From Marsupella aquatica (lineage: Eukaryota > Plantae > Marchantiophyta), in assembly GCA_973895155.1 (NCBI GenBank), contig OZ316895.1:12895363-12959362 (forward strand): a stretch of 64,000 nucleotides of DNA. Reading direction: 5' to 3'. The notes below the pieces were generated by a model. The model was not told where the DNA came from, made no database searches, and saw only the letters and a program-made list of their open reading frames with translations. The position numbers and the translations under genes are program-made. Below, piece after piece: positions 12,732 to 25,419 of this stretch (within the stretch, counting starts at the first letter, position 1; every line of letters starts with the position of its first letter).

Positions 12732-15700
12732 CACGGTGTTCCTACAGGTCTCTCCCCCCTCCCCTGATTGCCTAAGGTCATCTTTAATATTTCTTTTGTT
12801 AATTCAAAGATCTCAATTATTTACCTACGGTCACCTTTAAGATTTCTTTCATGAACTTGATAGATTGATATATCTAATGGCTATAGAGACATCCTGCCAT
12901 TCTTATTTTGGTCTCCCCTTACCACTCCCCTTATTGCCTATGGTCACCTTCAACATTTGTTTTATGAATTCAAGGATCTTAATATAGCTACACCGTTCTA
13001 GCACTTTTCTGTTTTAACTTATTGAAAATGATGTAAAAACTATCTTATCATATCCTATTTGAGTTTATTAAAGTAATTATTTGAATTAAAAAACAGAAAT
13101 GAATTTATTGTGAAGAAAGAGAGGTGCATCAATCTAGGACAGTGTGCGTTGTACACTTGTACAGGCCATGGAATTATAAACATTTAAGTAATTTAAGTAA
13201 TAAATATCATGTCAGAAGTCTAATGTTTAGCACAACCACTAAGCACACTGGTGGTGGCCTTATGTGGGATCTGGTGGGTTCGGGGTTCGGGGTTCGAGCC
13301 CTGCAAGTAACAATTAGTTTTAGTCAAGATTATTTTTAAGGGTAAAATTATATAAGAATTGTGGAAAGGAGTACAAGTGCAAAAAAGGAAAACAAAGGAT
13401 TTTGAAATAACAAAGAAGATAAAGGGGGTCTGAGATAAATTCAAAACTGATGGAATAACAAAGAATACAGCACTCATAGGCCAAATTAAAATTAACATAA
13501 TTGCAAAACAAAAATGAACTAGGAAGACTGAAACAATCAGCAATGTGGGAAAAATAATAAGATCTTAATTATTCACTTGATTTACTGAGTGAGATATCTA
13601 AAGGCTATTAAGACATCCCACCTTTCTCACATTGCTATATGGCTATAAAGACATCCCACCTTTCTCATTACGGACCCCACTAGAGGTCCCTTCCAAAATT
13701 CCTGGCTCCACAATGCGCCACGTCATCATGACGCGCTGCAAACAGGTACAAATTGGTTTACAAAATAAAATGACTTTAACATTCGTATTTGCAGCAGGAT
13801 TTTGGTAAAATTGGGGACGCCATGCCATAAATCTTCATGTGAAAAGTAATAAAAAATAACTGTTTTATTTACCCTGAGTAGGCCCGCAACTCAGTTTTAT
13901 CTACCGCAAATAACCAACTGCCCACCCTTTTTTGTGAATTGTGGTTTCAATTCCACAATAAATAAGTAATTAAATGAAGCAACACAGCATGGCAGTTAAG
14001 AATTCCACATGGGCAGAAGGTAACCTCGTGTTTCCTCATTTCCTCGTGTCGTGCTTGAGGACAGAAGAAGTGGTGATGAGGTAATGGAATACTCATCTAA
14101 CCTTCCGAACAAGTGCAGAGAACTGTGCAAAGCAAGATTGACTCTCTCTTTTTCTCTTTCTTTAGCGGAAGGTCAAGTTCATCCGCACACGAGAGGCAGT
14201 CAGAAGAGCAATTCTCAGTCATGGCTAACAAACGATAGTCTCTCTTGAGGAAATCACTGTAGTCCTTAGTGAGAGCTCTGAAATTGTTGCTCGGAATTGA
14301 ATTTCAGAAATTGCTTCAATCTGCAAATGAATATCGAATCAAAAAATTTTGAGAGTAAGGGAATTCAGGAAGACGTCATTGCTCCTCACCTAAGATGGAG
14401 GCATTGACTGGACCATGAAGAGGTTGAGTACTCTTGCTCCACAACGATGCATGAGAAGCGAGGCAACTAATGATAGAGAGACAACTTTGGATTGAACTAA
14501 AGAGAGGAGGGGAGGGAAACACCAAAACTAGCCAGGATGTGATTGCGAAGGTGAAAGGATGAGAGCAATTGATCTCCAAGGATTCCAACAAGACTATGTG
14601 ATCCGCGATTTATACCTGAAATCCGCAACAGGTGGAAAGAATGATGTGAACGGAAGAATTGAATGTGAAGGGGTCCAATGAAGTCATGAGACACTGAAGT
14701 CTCAAACAACAATAATCAATGAAATGACAAAATGAGTGTCCGAGGTGACCAACAATGTGTTTCAATCTCAAAGTGACAGGACAGACCCAATATATGGTCA
14801 CCAAGTTCACGGGACTAAGTCACTGCTAAAGCAAATACTTCAACCACTCCACTTTCATAGTCAAGTGGGAGAACAGGGAGTGCGCTGAGACTATTAAACG
14901 CTCTGGTTAGAATCTTCCTTGCTTTGCCTGCCGCCCCTCGCTCTCTCTCTCATTGCTGACCCGGCTTTATATATGCTTTGAGTCTCTCCTGGACTTCTGG
15001 TAAAGAAACAATTCAAGGGTAACAATCTGCAGCTCGGCTACAAATTTATCGATGATACACTCATGAATTTTTGGGCAGCGAGCTCTGTTGAGAGATGCAA
15101 GAGTATGGCTATCTAAAAAATTAATAAATGGGCATCCTAGTCTTCACCGTGCCCAAGATCAGACAAGTACTGGAAGGCTCCGAGATGACACAATTTCAAT
15201 GGCCATGCTGCGATCCTCCCCTTACATAGGCTCCATTCATCTGAAAGTATGATCAATCGCGCAATCTAGCTACTCAGATAAGAATTATTCTTGAGGACTT
15301 GAAATCCCCTCGGCGCAAAATGAAACGCCTCTCAATCAACTCTGCCCACCACTGCTTGAAAAAAATGAATCCTTCTAGGCGTACAACAAATGCCCATTCT
15401 GTGGTAGCGTCGGTGTCCTGGTGGCAAAGTACCACGGTACAGTTCCCAGTAGTCAGAGCTGCTGTGACTACTAGAAAGTCTCCATCGTGAATCTGTCATG
15501 ACCAAACCTTGACAACTATGCTAAACACTAGACTTCCAATGAACAAAGTTTTGCGAACTGACCATATTGAGATAAAGTAATAACCTAGACAAGTCTATGG
15601 TTTAAATTGTGATGGCATCGTGGGTTCCACAGTGCCTCACACTAGATGCGTACAAGGTAATTGCGAACCAACTCTGGCCACCACCGCTACCTACCAGACA

Positions 15701-16334
15701 GCAATCGCTTGAGACAAGCGAGAATTAATGTAGTTGGCCCTAAGCTTGACACATAGGTTCACTCACTCTAAGCAATACCGTGGAGAAGTGTGTTGCATTA
15801 CTTTCTAAAATCCATTGTTGAATTAGCTGGCTTTGGATGAGTCGAAAAACTATTCTAGCAAGGAAATTGTTGAACTGCAGTTTGTCCGGTCTTTGTTCAA
15901 AGGTGTTCTAGATGATCCAAACGAGAGCTGTGTTTTACGTCCTCGGGTGAGCTCCATTTCCATTCCAACCTGCAATTTGATCTTCAACTGTGCTCATGAT
16001 TCCTAATTGAAATACCTTTGCTGGCTCCAGAGCTGAACTCCCAAGCGATTGGGATTGCCTCAAGCTCAGAGCACCACGCTGCAGCTTCAAAACTAGTTGA
16101 GGTTTGCTCATATATTCAGCTCGGTCACTATTTCCAGCTGGCCTAGTCTCCAGATTTGATCCACCATGTAGTCTCAATAAAGATATGTTCATTGTCACAC
16201 ATTTTATAACACATTTATCTATTTCACATATATTGTGCAACACCTACCTCACATAAAATCAAAACAGATAGGGGTCCACGAACTAATTATTGTATCATTC
16301 ACTTGATATATCAACATATCTAATGACTATAAAT

Positions 16335-16384
16335 ATGAGAATGGCGGGATCTTTGAATTAATAAAAGAATCCCGCCATTCTCAT
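16335..16384. repeat. Perfect 16-bp-arm inverted repeat
   Basis: ATGAGAATGGCGGGAT-N18-ATCCCGCCATTCTCAT. Confidence 0.85.
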
Positions 16385-17604
16385 TTTCCATTTTCGTAAG
16401 CAGGTGATTCTCCAGAATGGACAGATACGATATTATTGTGGTTGATATAATTAATTCCTCAATATTATATTTACCTAACATTTCTTCATTATTTGAATGA
16501 CAAGGTTATACTCAAGAGGCTCAACTAGGACATTAAAGAAAGATGCACTGAATGCTATATGTCCATTGGTCAGACATTTGATCTATCAAAGAGACGTCTT
16601 TTTAATCAACTGCTTGTTACTTCTGAGATTTTTTACCATCTCTCGGCTGTGGCCGCTGTCACAGGCTCTACTCAAAAGCTTGTCACGTTAACCGGCGCCA
16701 GGGCTCTGTTCGAACCTGAGCGTATCCAAATTCTGAGAAGTAGGGATGTTAGGCTGGAATCCTTCTAAAGAAGGATTAATAGTGGACCTGTTTGGCTATG
16801 ATCTTTGGGGGTCCGTGGTACATGGACATTTATATAGACTTTTTACTCTGCTGGTCGGCCCCTATTTTCTGGTAGAGGGTTGTTGGTTTCTCTTGACATC
16901 TAATTGCCTTGTAATGACCCTTTTCTTCCCTTATGCCACTTGTGGTTTCTTTTGCCTTCCACTACAACACTACCGACCCCTTTTGCGAACCCCGTCCCAT
17001 CGCAACTAACAAAGGACCAAATTATGAAATTCCGGCGTTTGCGAAACACTACGCATCGCAACCCTTTCGCATTCTTTGAAACCCACAGCTTCGCAATCGG
17101 ACTTTCGCAACCCCTTCGCAACACCTTCGCACACTGCGAAACTTATTTTATCGCACATAAATCACATTTATGCGATCTCGACAGACTCTTTATCGGTTTG
17201 CGACGCGCTCTGAACTATAACTTATTTGCGAAGCTGTTGTCTTGACAATTCCGTTGCCATTCATATGGTATCGCATAACTGCGTCAGTCAGGGTGTCGCA
17301 CAATTGCGGAACCAAAAGTATCGCAATGTTCCAATACTCAATGTATGTCAAGTTTGCGATAGTATGGCATTCGCATGTGTTTCGCAAGGATAGTTTGAGG
17401 GCTGGGTTTTGTATATTTGGGTTCATAATTGGGTTGGGGTCTTATTGCTCCACATGAAGATACCAAAGCAAAACTTTATATATGCCAAAAATCCCTGAAT
17501 GTACAAAAATTAGGGTTTTCTAAAACCCTATGGGGTATCAAATACCAAGACACTGTCCTTTGACTAATCCATATGCCATATGGAGTGAACTACATCTGCA
17601 TCCT

Positions 17605-19650
17605 CTAGAATGGAGCCCGCCTACTCCTCTTTGCTGGCCTCTTCCCCTTGTCCTTCTTGCTTTGGGCGGGACGAGTTGGACGGGAGGGGGGTGGTGGTGG
17701 TGGTGGCGGTGGTGGTGGTGCCTGCTGCTCCTCCCCATCTGGCTCATCCTCATCATCGTCATCATCCTCATCATCATCCTCCTGGTCTCCTGGTATGCTA
17801 GGTGTGGCAGCACTCCCTGCCCCTCTGGACCCACTCGTGGTGGCCCCGGTAGTGTCCCCATCATCAGCGCCGCTATCCTCCTCACTGCTATCCTCACTCC
17901 CCTCCTGCTCCTCCTTATCCTGCTTCCATGTCACAAGGTTAATTCGGGTTTAGGGTTAATAGGAAAAATGTATAAACCTTATAAATGGAATGGGTGCGGG
18001 TTTAGAAAGGGTACTACAAATCACTCACACTAGCCAACTCTGCATCAACCAACTCAAAGAGTTGTCTGGCCCCATGCTCTGCCCCTATCTCCATCTCCTT
18101 TGTTGTTATCTTGCGGCGGTACCTCTTATACTACCACAAAAAAATGAAACACCAAAACATAAGGGGCCTGGGTTAGTAACTAAGGATACTTAAGCAAAAA
18201 AGGAATCCTAAAAAGGGTAAAAAGGGTACCCTAACCAGAAAAAAACCCCATTACCCTAACAAACATTTGTCACTCGACACTAAACGTTTTTCAAAATGAA
18301 ACAAGCTTTGCGAAACTCCCACCTTCGCAAATTCAAATATATTTAAGTTTGCGAAATAGACTGCGAATCGGATTGCTTCGCAATGGCTTTGCAAACCTTA
18401 CGGGAAAAAGGTTATAATAGAGTTTGCGAAACAATTGCGAGGCAACCCGCTTCGCAATTGTTTCGCAAACTGTGCTTTTAAAAAATTCCGAGAAATGGCT
18501 AAGGCACGCAATGTGTCAGGGTGACCTAAAACGAAAGGGGAGGCCATAAGGGGTAAAGCAGAGGTCTGCGAGGGGCATTGCAGGCAAGCAAACAACAATT
18601 GAAGGCGAAGGAAAAGAAGCAGGGGAGGAGGGGAGAGGACTCATGAAGGTTGCTTTCAGGCCGGGAAGTCCACCTTGCCCCATCTTGTGTGTGGTCTTGG
18701 GGCGTTTGCTGACTCGGTCTGCTGCAAGGATGAACTTCTGGGGTGGTGTCCCCACTTCATCCACGATGTGCTGCAGCTGAGAGACCTTCTCAGCCAATGC
18801 CTTGAGGTCTTGGTCTGACTTCCCGGCCTGAAGTGCCTTGGCCTCCTTCTCCTTCCAGAATTGGAGGTCCTTGGCTACTTTCAGCTGCACCTCGACCTTA
18901 TAGAACGCGTTCCACACATCCTCTGTGAATTGCACTGGCCTCCTCACGTTCCTGTACTCCTGCAAGCTTGCCAGGTAGGCCCTCACCTTCCTCCTATGAT
19001 GGTATCGTGCTTGAGACATTGAATTCGAAATTCTATCTGCAAGCCACTGGTCATCAATCTCTGCTCCATTTCTGAATGAATCTTTGACCTGAGTCATTAC
19101 TTTCCTCTGCTCTGCTCTGCTTAGTTTCCCCCACTCAACACCTCGTGCAAAGCTAGTCCTCACAGCAAGCCTGATAGTGCTCTTTGCCCCAGTGTGGGCC
19201 AACTCAGTAGGAATGCCCTCAACCAAGGCAATCAATGGCAGCTTCTTCCTCCTTTTTCCGCTGCGCCTCACGTTGTGCTCGAATCTCATCTCGTTCCTCC
19301 CTTCTCCTCTTCTTTTCGAGGGCTGCAGGAGAGAGTACTCCTGCCTTAGCCCTCTCCTCCTTCTTTCGTTTCTTCTCTCTGGCCTTCTCCTCAGCTGCAG
19401 CCTTTGCCTCTTTCTCCCTCTGAGCCTGCCCTGCTGCAACCCCGGTTTGCAAAGCTTGCCCTAGAATTGCACTCAAAGAAGCAATCCCAGCTGGTGTACT
19501 CAAATCCAAATGGCTCAACTGTGTGGCATTGAGATGCTCGGCCATCAAATTTGTCCATTGATTACTCTCCTCATTCCTGTTCCCTCCATTGCCATTGCCA
19601 CTCCCACTTGCCCCTGCCCCATCCCCTCCACGCCCTCCACAAGAATCCAT
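17605..19650 (-). pseudogene. CACTA ORF2/TnpA-like (Ptta/En/Spm-type) gene, frameshifted
   Basis: Charged coiled-coil N-terminus (19219-19650), frameshift near 19230, then RRPVQFTEDVWNAF and KRPKTTHKMGQGG (the H..G..G motif of Transposase_24-like proteins); distal exon with poly-D/E, poly-P and a basic NLS-like tail (17605-17934). Confidence 0.65.
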
Positions 19651-21005
19651 AGCTATCCAACACCAAGCGCGCGCAAGCTCTCCTCCTGCCCTCCCTCACT
19701 TCAAAAAACGTCGAATGGGCCTCGTAACCCGGCGGGAAGGTCCGAATGCCCAGACAAAACACATTTGCGACGCAGTCCGCATCGCAATTTGCGAATCAGC
19801 CCGCTTCGCAACTAGTATCTCAACTTTCCAAAACCAATGCGAAACCACACGCTTTGCAAAGCTGTAGAGACGCGAAAAAACGCTCTCGGGCTCTGTTTTT
19901 CCGAAGCTGTTGCGAAACATTTTGCTTCGCAAATAATGTGACCAAATTCTGAAGCAAGTTGCAAAGCAGGTCGGTTCTCAATATCGTGGCAATTCCTGGC
20001 GAATTTTTTTTTCACATTCTTTCCCTCCTCCTTTTGTTTAGGCCATGTAAGTTATACTATGCCCTTTTGTGTAATTAAGAAATTCCGCCGTTTCAAATCC
20101 CGGCGTTTGTTAGGGTTGGGTCTTGGATGAAGCTGGTTTTTTTAGGGGTTAAAAGCGAGATTACCAGTCAAACCTTCCGTTTTTTAAGCTATACATGGTG
20201 TGGGTGTAGGCTAATTTTGATAAGAGTTGGGTTTTGGTTTAAAATTAATAAGTGAGGAAAGGGTTTAGGATTAAGGTTGGGTTTGGGTTTAGGGTTTAAG
20301 TCTTTAATTTTGGGTTTAAGCAGGGTTTGCATTTATGGTTGTAGGCTTTTAGGGTTCAAGCAAGGGTTTAGGGTTTGAAACAAAAGAGAGGAAGGGGATT
20401 GGGAGTGAGGGTCTAGGTTTTTGTAATAGGTTAGAGGTTTGGGGGTGAGGGTTTGGAAAAGGCAAAGCAAGGTTAGATGAGATTAATGTTTTAGTTGTTT
20501 TACCATGGGTTTTATGGGTTTTAATGGGTTTTATGGATCTTTTGGGTTTTAATGGTTTTTCCATGGGTTTTATGCTAACAAAGGAGGAGGAGCTATGACA
20601 ACTTGCAGGGTGCGGCACTTTTGCATGAATTGATACTAGCTAATGCGTATGCATCGTGAGAGCCCGGGCATCTGGAGGTACGGACTAAAATAGATGGGTC
20701 TGGTTAGGCTTATTCATGTAATTAAAATTTTTGGTTCCCACTATCTATAAAGAGGACATGTATGTAAGGTGTTCGCTTTGTGTACTTGCAGCTTTTCTCA
20801 TACTTCCAGATTCGGTTCATTATTTTAGAGCCACAAGACCTATTGGCACCGCTGAGCCTGGGTCTCAGAAAGGTATTTTTTAGTGTTCCTTTTGTGTTTG
20901 GTTTCATGTCATCATTACTTGAGAACTTACATTTGTCCAGCTTGATATTGTGATGTTATTTGGTAATAACCCCTAACTTGCAAATTATACATCTTTGTAG
21001 GGGCA

Positions 21006-21243
21006 ATGTCTTCATCTTCTGAGATCTCCACCACAGATTCTTCCTCCTCCGATGAAGATATACCACCTCCTCCTCAACCTCACACGACTGCACCTCCTCC
21101 TCGTGGTCCACCCCGTCAGCTTTGCCAATGTGCCAAATGCATGCGTGGGTCAGGTTTCCCAAAAGTCCTATATATGCACCCAGCATATTGAGAGATATGG
21201 ACGTTACGGACGTCATACAACAGGGGCTTCCTCATCCCATGTG
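21006..21243 (+). pseudogene. CACTA transposase exon 1 (transposase-associated C-x-C-x2-C...H domain), one frameshift
   Basis: ATG at 21006; LCQCAKC in one frame and ICTQHIERYG in the next; ends CATGTG|GTAAGT, a phase-0 donor. Confidence 0.65.
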
Positions 21244-21344
21244 GTAAGTGTTTACGCCTTAGTTTCTACCCTATTTCCACATCGCAATGGTGAAGGTTTT
21301 TAATTTTACACCTCTTGTTGTTTGTTTTGGTTTGGGTGGAATAG

Positions 21345-22160
21345 GTATCTAGTAGGCCTAGACCTGCGGCATCAGCACCTTATGTCCCATCACAAGGTGT
21401 TCTAGATGCTATAGGCAATGCATTCTCACAAGCCTTGGGTCTAGCAACAGCCCCCTCCAGTCCTAGGGCAGTTGGGGGTGAGCCTGTTGTCCCAAGAGGG
21501 AGAAAGCGTTCCAAGAGACGGCCCTGAGGGGATACTGATTTGTACAAGGCAGTGGTTACCGGTAGGTGGGGTGATTGTGAGTTTATTGGCAGATGTGTTC
21601 CTATCATCAAGGACTGGGATCCCCAGACTCTTGGTTTGCCACAAGAGCTTTCCTATGGTGAGGAGGTAGAGGTTTGGGGAAGACGTTGGGTTATCAAACC
21701 TTCCACACTTGGGGATAGACATGGCTATGGAGTTTTTTCTTGTGAAGACATCATTGTGGATACTGAGAGTGGTAGTGGTGGACGCGGTCAAGAAGGACCT
21801 ACGTTGTTTCCTTATGGTGGACCCATCTACAAGAGAAGACATTGGAACATGATCCTTGCACAACATCCTGAGTGGAAGACTTATGCCTTGGAGTTAGATA
21901 CTTTTGATGGAAACACTAGGAGGTATAGTGCGCAGCGGGTGATAGATGGGGACCCCATACGAACTGGGAATATAGTTGGTTTCATAAACAGTATTGTGGG
22001 GACTCGCCCCAAGCGTAGGCAAAATTGTGAGTGGGTTTTCATTGAGGGTCCTCCACCAGCCCCTTATGGCCAGACATATCATCATGACCATTGTCTGGTT
22101 GTAGCTACTAGGACCATTCACTCAGGTGATGAGTTGTTTACTCACTATGTGTGGGATTAG
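21345..22160 (+). CDS. SET-domain (lysine methyltransferase-like) exon inside the CACTA element; one in-frame TGA at 21525 upstream of the domain
   Basis: IKPSTLGDRHGYGVFSCEDI (motif I), FPYGG, YALEL, IDGDPIRTGNIVGFINS..NC, VVATRTIHSGDELFTHY (SET C-terminal motif); preceded by basic RGRKRSKRR. Confidence 0.8.
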
Positions 22161-22303
22161 AAAATGACCATACACATGGCGTTTGGCCACATTTTGTATT
22201 TACACCAGTACCGATATTATTTCATGTTTGCACACCCCCATATATTCTTCTACATGTTGTAACTATTTGCTTTGTAACTTTCAATTGTTTGCATTGTTTT
22301 TAG

Positions 22304-25300
22304 AATGTGCGACCCTCTCAAAATATGTTACCGCGGAGATTGAGAGCAGCATATCGGGAAATGGGTATGCCAAAAGAAGGACAATGCTCTGAGTCACATT
22401 CCTCATCAAGTGACAGTGGAAGCAACAACCCTGATCGCAATGTACCCAGAACATATGAACAGGTTATTGATGACCAAGATAGAGCCATGGATGATTTTAT
22501 GGTTGATTGGTTTGGTGTTGACGTCCTTGGTGATGATGCTGAGGTGTCTGCTGATCAAGGAGGTCATGTGCCCCCCAATGATCCACGACCAAGACATACC
22601 CCCGAGGGACAGCGCCAATGGGAGGAAGCAGAGGAACATGCCCGAACTCCTATCTATGAGGGTGCTCGTTTGAGTCGTCTTTCTGCTATCTTGGGGTTGA
22701 TGAATCTACAGGCCAAACACAAGGCAAGCAATGCCTTGTTATCTGATATGTTTGCACTTCGCCATGATCTTATGTTACCTTCTGGCAATGTGTTGCCAGG
22801 AACTTGGAAGGAGGCCAAGCGTGTTCTCTCATCAATTGGCATGGAATATCATATCATTCATGCATGTGTGAATGATTGCATGTTATTTCATGGGGCCGAT
22901 GAGAAGAAGACACAGTGTACTGAATGTCATGAGCCACGGTATGACCCCAACATGATTACAAAGAAGGTGCCAAGAAAAACTGTTCGTTGGTTTCCCATCA
23001 TTCCTCGGTTGTTGCACATGTACAGGTGTTCTGATTTGGCAGAGTTGATGGTATGGCATAAGACTCATCGATCAGAGCCTGGTGTTATGCGGTTGCCAAT
23101 TGACTCTCCTGCAGTCAAACATATTGAGGAAACATGGCCAGACTTTGCACATGATCCTCGTCATGTGAGGTTGGGATTGGCATCTGATGGGGTTAGTCCT
23201 CATGCCCTTGGAGGCAAGGGAAGACCTACATCAGTTTGGCCTGTGGTTGTGATGAATTACAACTTTCCACCATGGCTATCCATGAAGAAGGGGTTCCTCT
23301 TGCTGTCTTTGATTATTCCAGGTCCAAAAAAGGTGAAGAACTTTGACACTTATTTGGCACTATTGATTGGAGAACTCCAAAAACTGTGGGGTGGAGTGTG
23401 GGCATATGATGGCAGGAAAAATACAGGAGGCATTCCACGTGTATTTAAATTGAGAGGGGTAGTTTGTTGGACAATGCATGACTATCCTGGTAAGATGACT
23501 TTTTGACCATATGCCACCCTTCTTTGATATGCTCTTTAATATACTTGTTTGTCATGTGACAACCCTAACATTTAGTCTGGTTTTATTTTTGGTGTAACCA
23601 GGGTTTGGCTTTGTCTCTGGATTGCAAACTCAGGGGTACAAAGCTTGCTCCACCTGTGGTCCACAATTGCAAGATATGGCAATTTGGTCCCCATGGCTTA
23701 GGAAGATTGTTTACATTGGGCATACAAAGTTTCTTCCGATGGGGCATGAGATGAGGTCTGACCCACTTTTATTTTCCTCCTTTGACATGCCCCTTGGTGA
23801 TATGTGGGAAATTCCGGAACCAACAACTTTTGGGCATTGGAAGTCACTAGCTGATAGGGTGGCAGACCCTGATGATCCCCTCACCTTTGATGGTACTGGG
23901 TTGACGAGGTGGAGTATACTAGCCAGTTTGCCCTATTGGTCAGAGTTGAAGATCCGCCATCTTTTAGACCCCATGCACATAGAGGGAAATGTGGGGAAGG
24001 CGTTGATAGCTCATTTTTATGGGGAGAAGGACACTAACTTCAGGGAGGCATGTGAAGAGTTGGAAATGCATCCAGATGTATGGGTACAAGTTGATCCTGC
24101 CACAGGTTTGGAACATCGTCCTTCTGCTCCTTGGGTGCTTAGTGTTGGCCAAAGACGTGAATTCCGGAATCATATAGGGGAGATGCGGTTTCCTATAGGC
24201 TATGGTGCCAATTTGAGGAAAGCTTTTGGGATGGAGGACAATCACAAATGGCCACGGTATCTCAAGACACATGACTATCACCGCTTATTGCAGCATATAT
24301 TGCCAGTGGCAATTATAGGGTTGGGGACCAAAGAAGTGCAAGATGCCATTTGGTCATTGGGTCGTTTGTTGAGATGGATATGCTCAAAGGAGATATATGT
24401 GGAAGAGATTCCTGGAATGGAGGTATTGGCTGCTGAGGTGGTTTGCAAGTTGGAGAAGGCCCTCCCTCCTTCCTTCTTTGATTGTCAGGTTCATTTACTT
24501 GTGCATCTTGTGAGGGAGGTTGCCATTGCTGGTCCAGTTCATTGTCGATGGATGTACTGGCTTGAGCGTTACATGTCATTCTTAAAGGCTTATGTACGTA
24601 ACCGTGCACGAGTGGAGGGAAGCATAGCTACAGGATACTTGGCTGTAGAGAGCATGTTTTATTGTAGTAACATCTTGGCCACCATTGATCGGACTTTACC
24701 ACGTACTTGGATGGAGGAGAGGCAAGAGGAGGAGGACCGTTTAACAGGACACTTCAGGTTTCACTAGTTCCTAACCTTGTTTTCCATATTCATGTACTAC
24801 TACTTAAGATATAGTAATCATTTTACTCTTAAGATATAGTAATCATTTTCTCTTTTGGTATGAAAGGTTCCTCATAACATGATTAGTGTTTTTTGTGTAG
24901 TAGTAACAATATATGGGTCTTGTTAATTTCAGGATTTCTTCCCTTGATAAGAAGAGGGCTCGTACTTTTGATTGTGGAGTTCAAGGGCAGTTTTGTCAGG
25001 ACTCCCGGAGTAGCCGACATGACAGGAACATTGTTCGTGATGTTGTGCCACACTATGGGAAGATAGAGGAGATTTTGGTGGTCTCATATGACAACCAATC
25101 TAAGTTTGAGGAGTATGTCTTCAAGTGCAAGTGGTTCAAAGTGAACCTTGTTGGTAATAATCGCATTGTACTCCAAGATGAGAGTGGGTTTACACGGTTG
25201 AGGACAAGTGCCACTAGTTTTCAAGCATCTCATTGGCAAACGTCAGAGCCATTTACTTTCCCATCTCACTTGGAGCAATGTTTCTACGTTCCATACCCCT

Positions 25301-25419
25301 TAGACCCAGAGTGGTCACTTGTCATCACATATGTGCCACGGTCTCGTTCCATTGTTTCAGACAAGCCAGACACTATTTTTGTGTCAGATGTAGAGGACAT
25401 TGAAGGTGACCAAGTGTGA
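22304..25419 (+). CDS. CACTA TNP2/TnpD-like DDE transposase (Transposase_21, DUF4218 and DUF4216 regions), probably internally deleted near 24750-24930
   Basis: IHACVNDCMLF, RWFPIIPRL, RLGLASDG, SVWPV, NFPPW, HDYPG (intron 23490-23601), LDPMHIEGNV, KTHDYH, HLLVHL, GPVHCRWMYWLERYM, FKCKWF, EPF...QCFYVPYP. Confidence 0.92.

Noticed and set aside
17530-18033. Plus-strand ORFs with poly-W/I/G/S runs resembling membrane proteins
   Set aside because: They are antisense shadows of the poly-P and poly-D/E exon on the minus strand.
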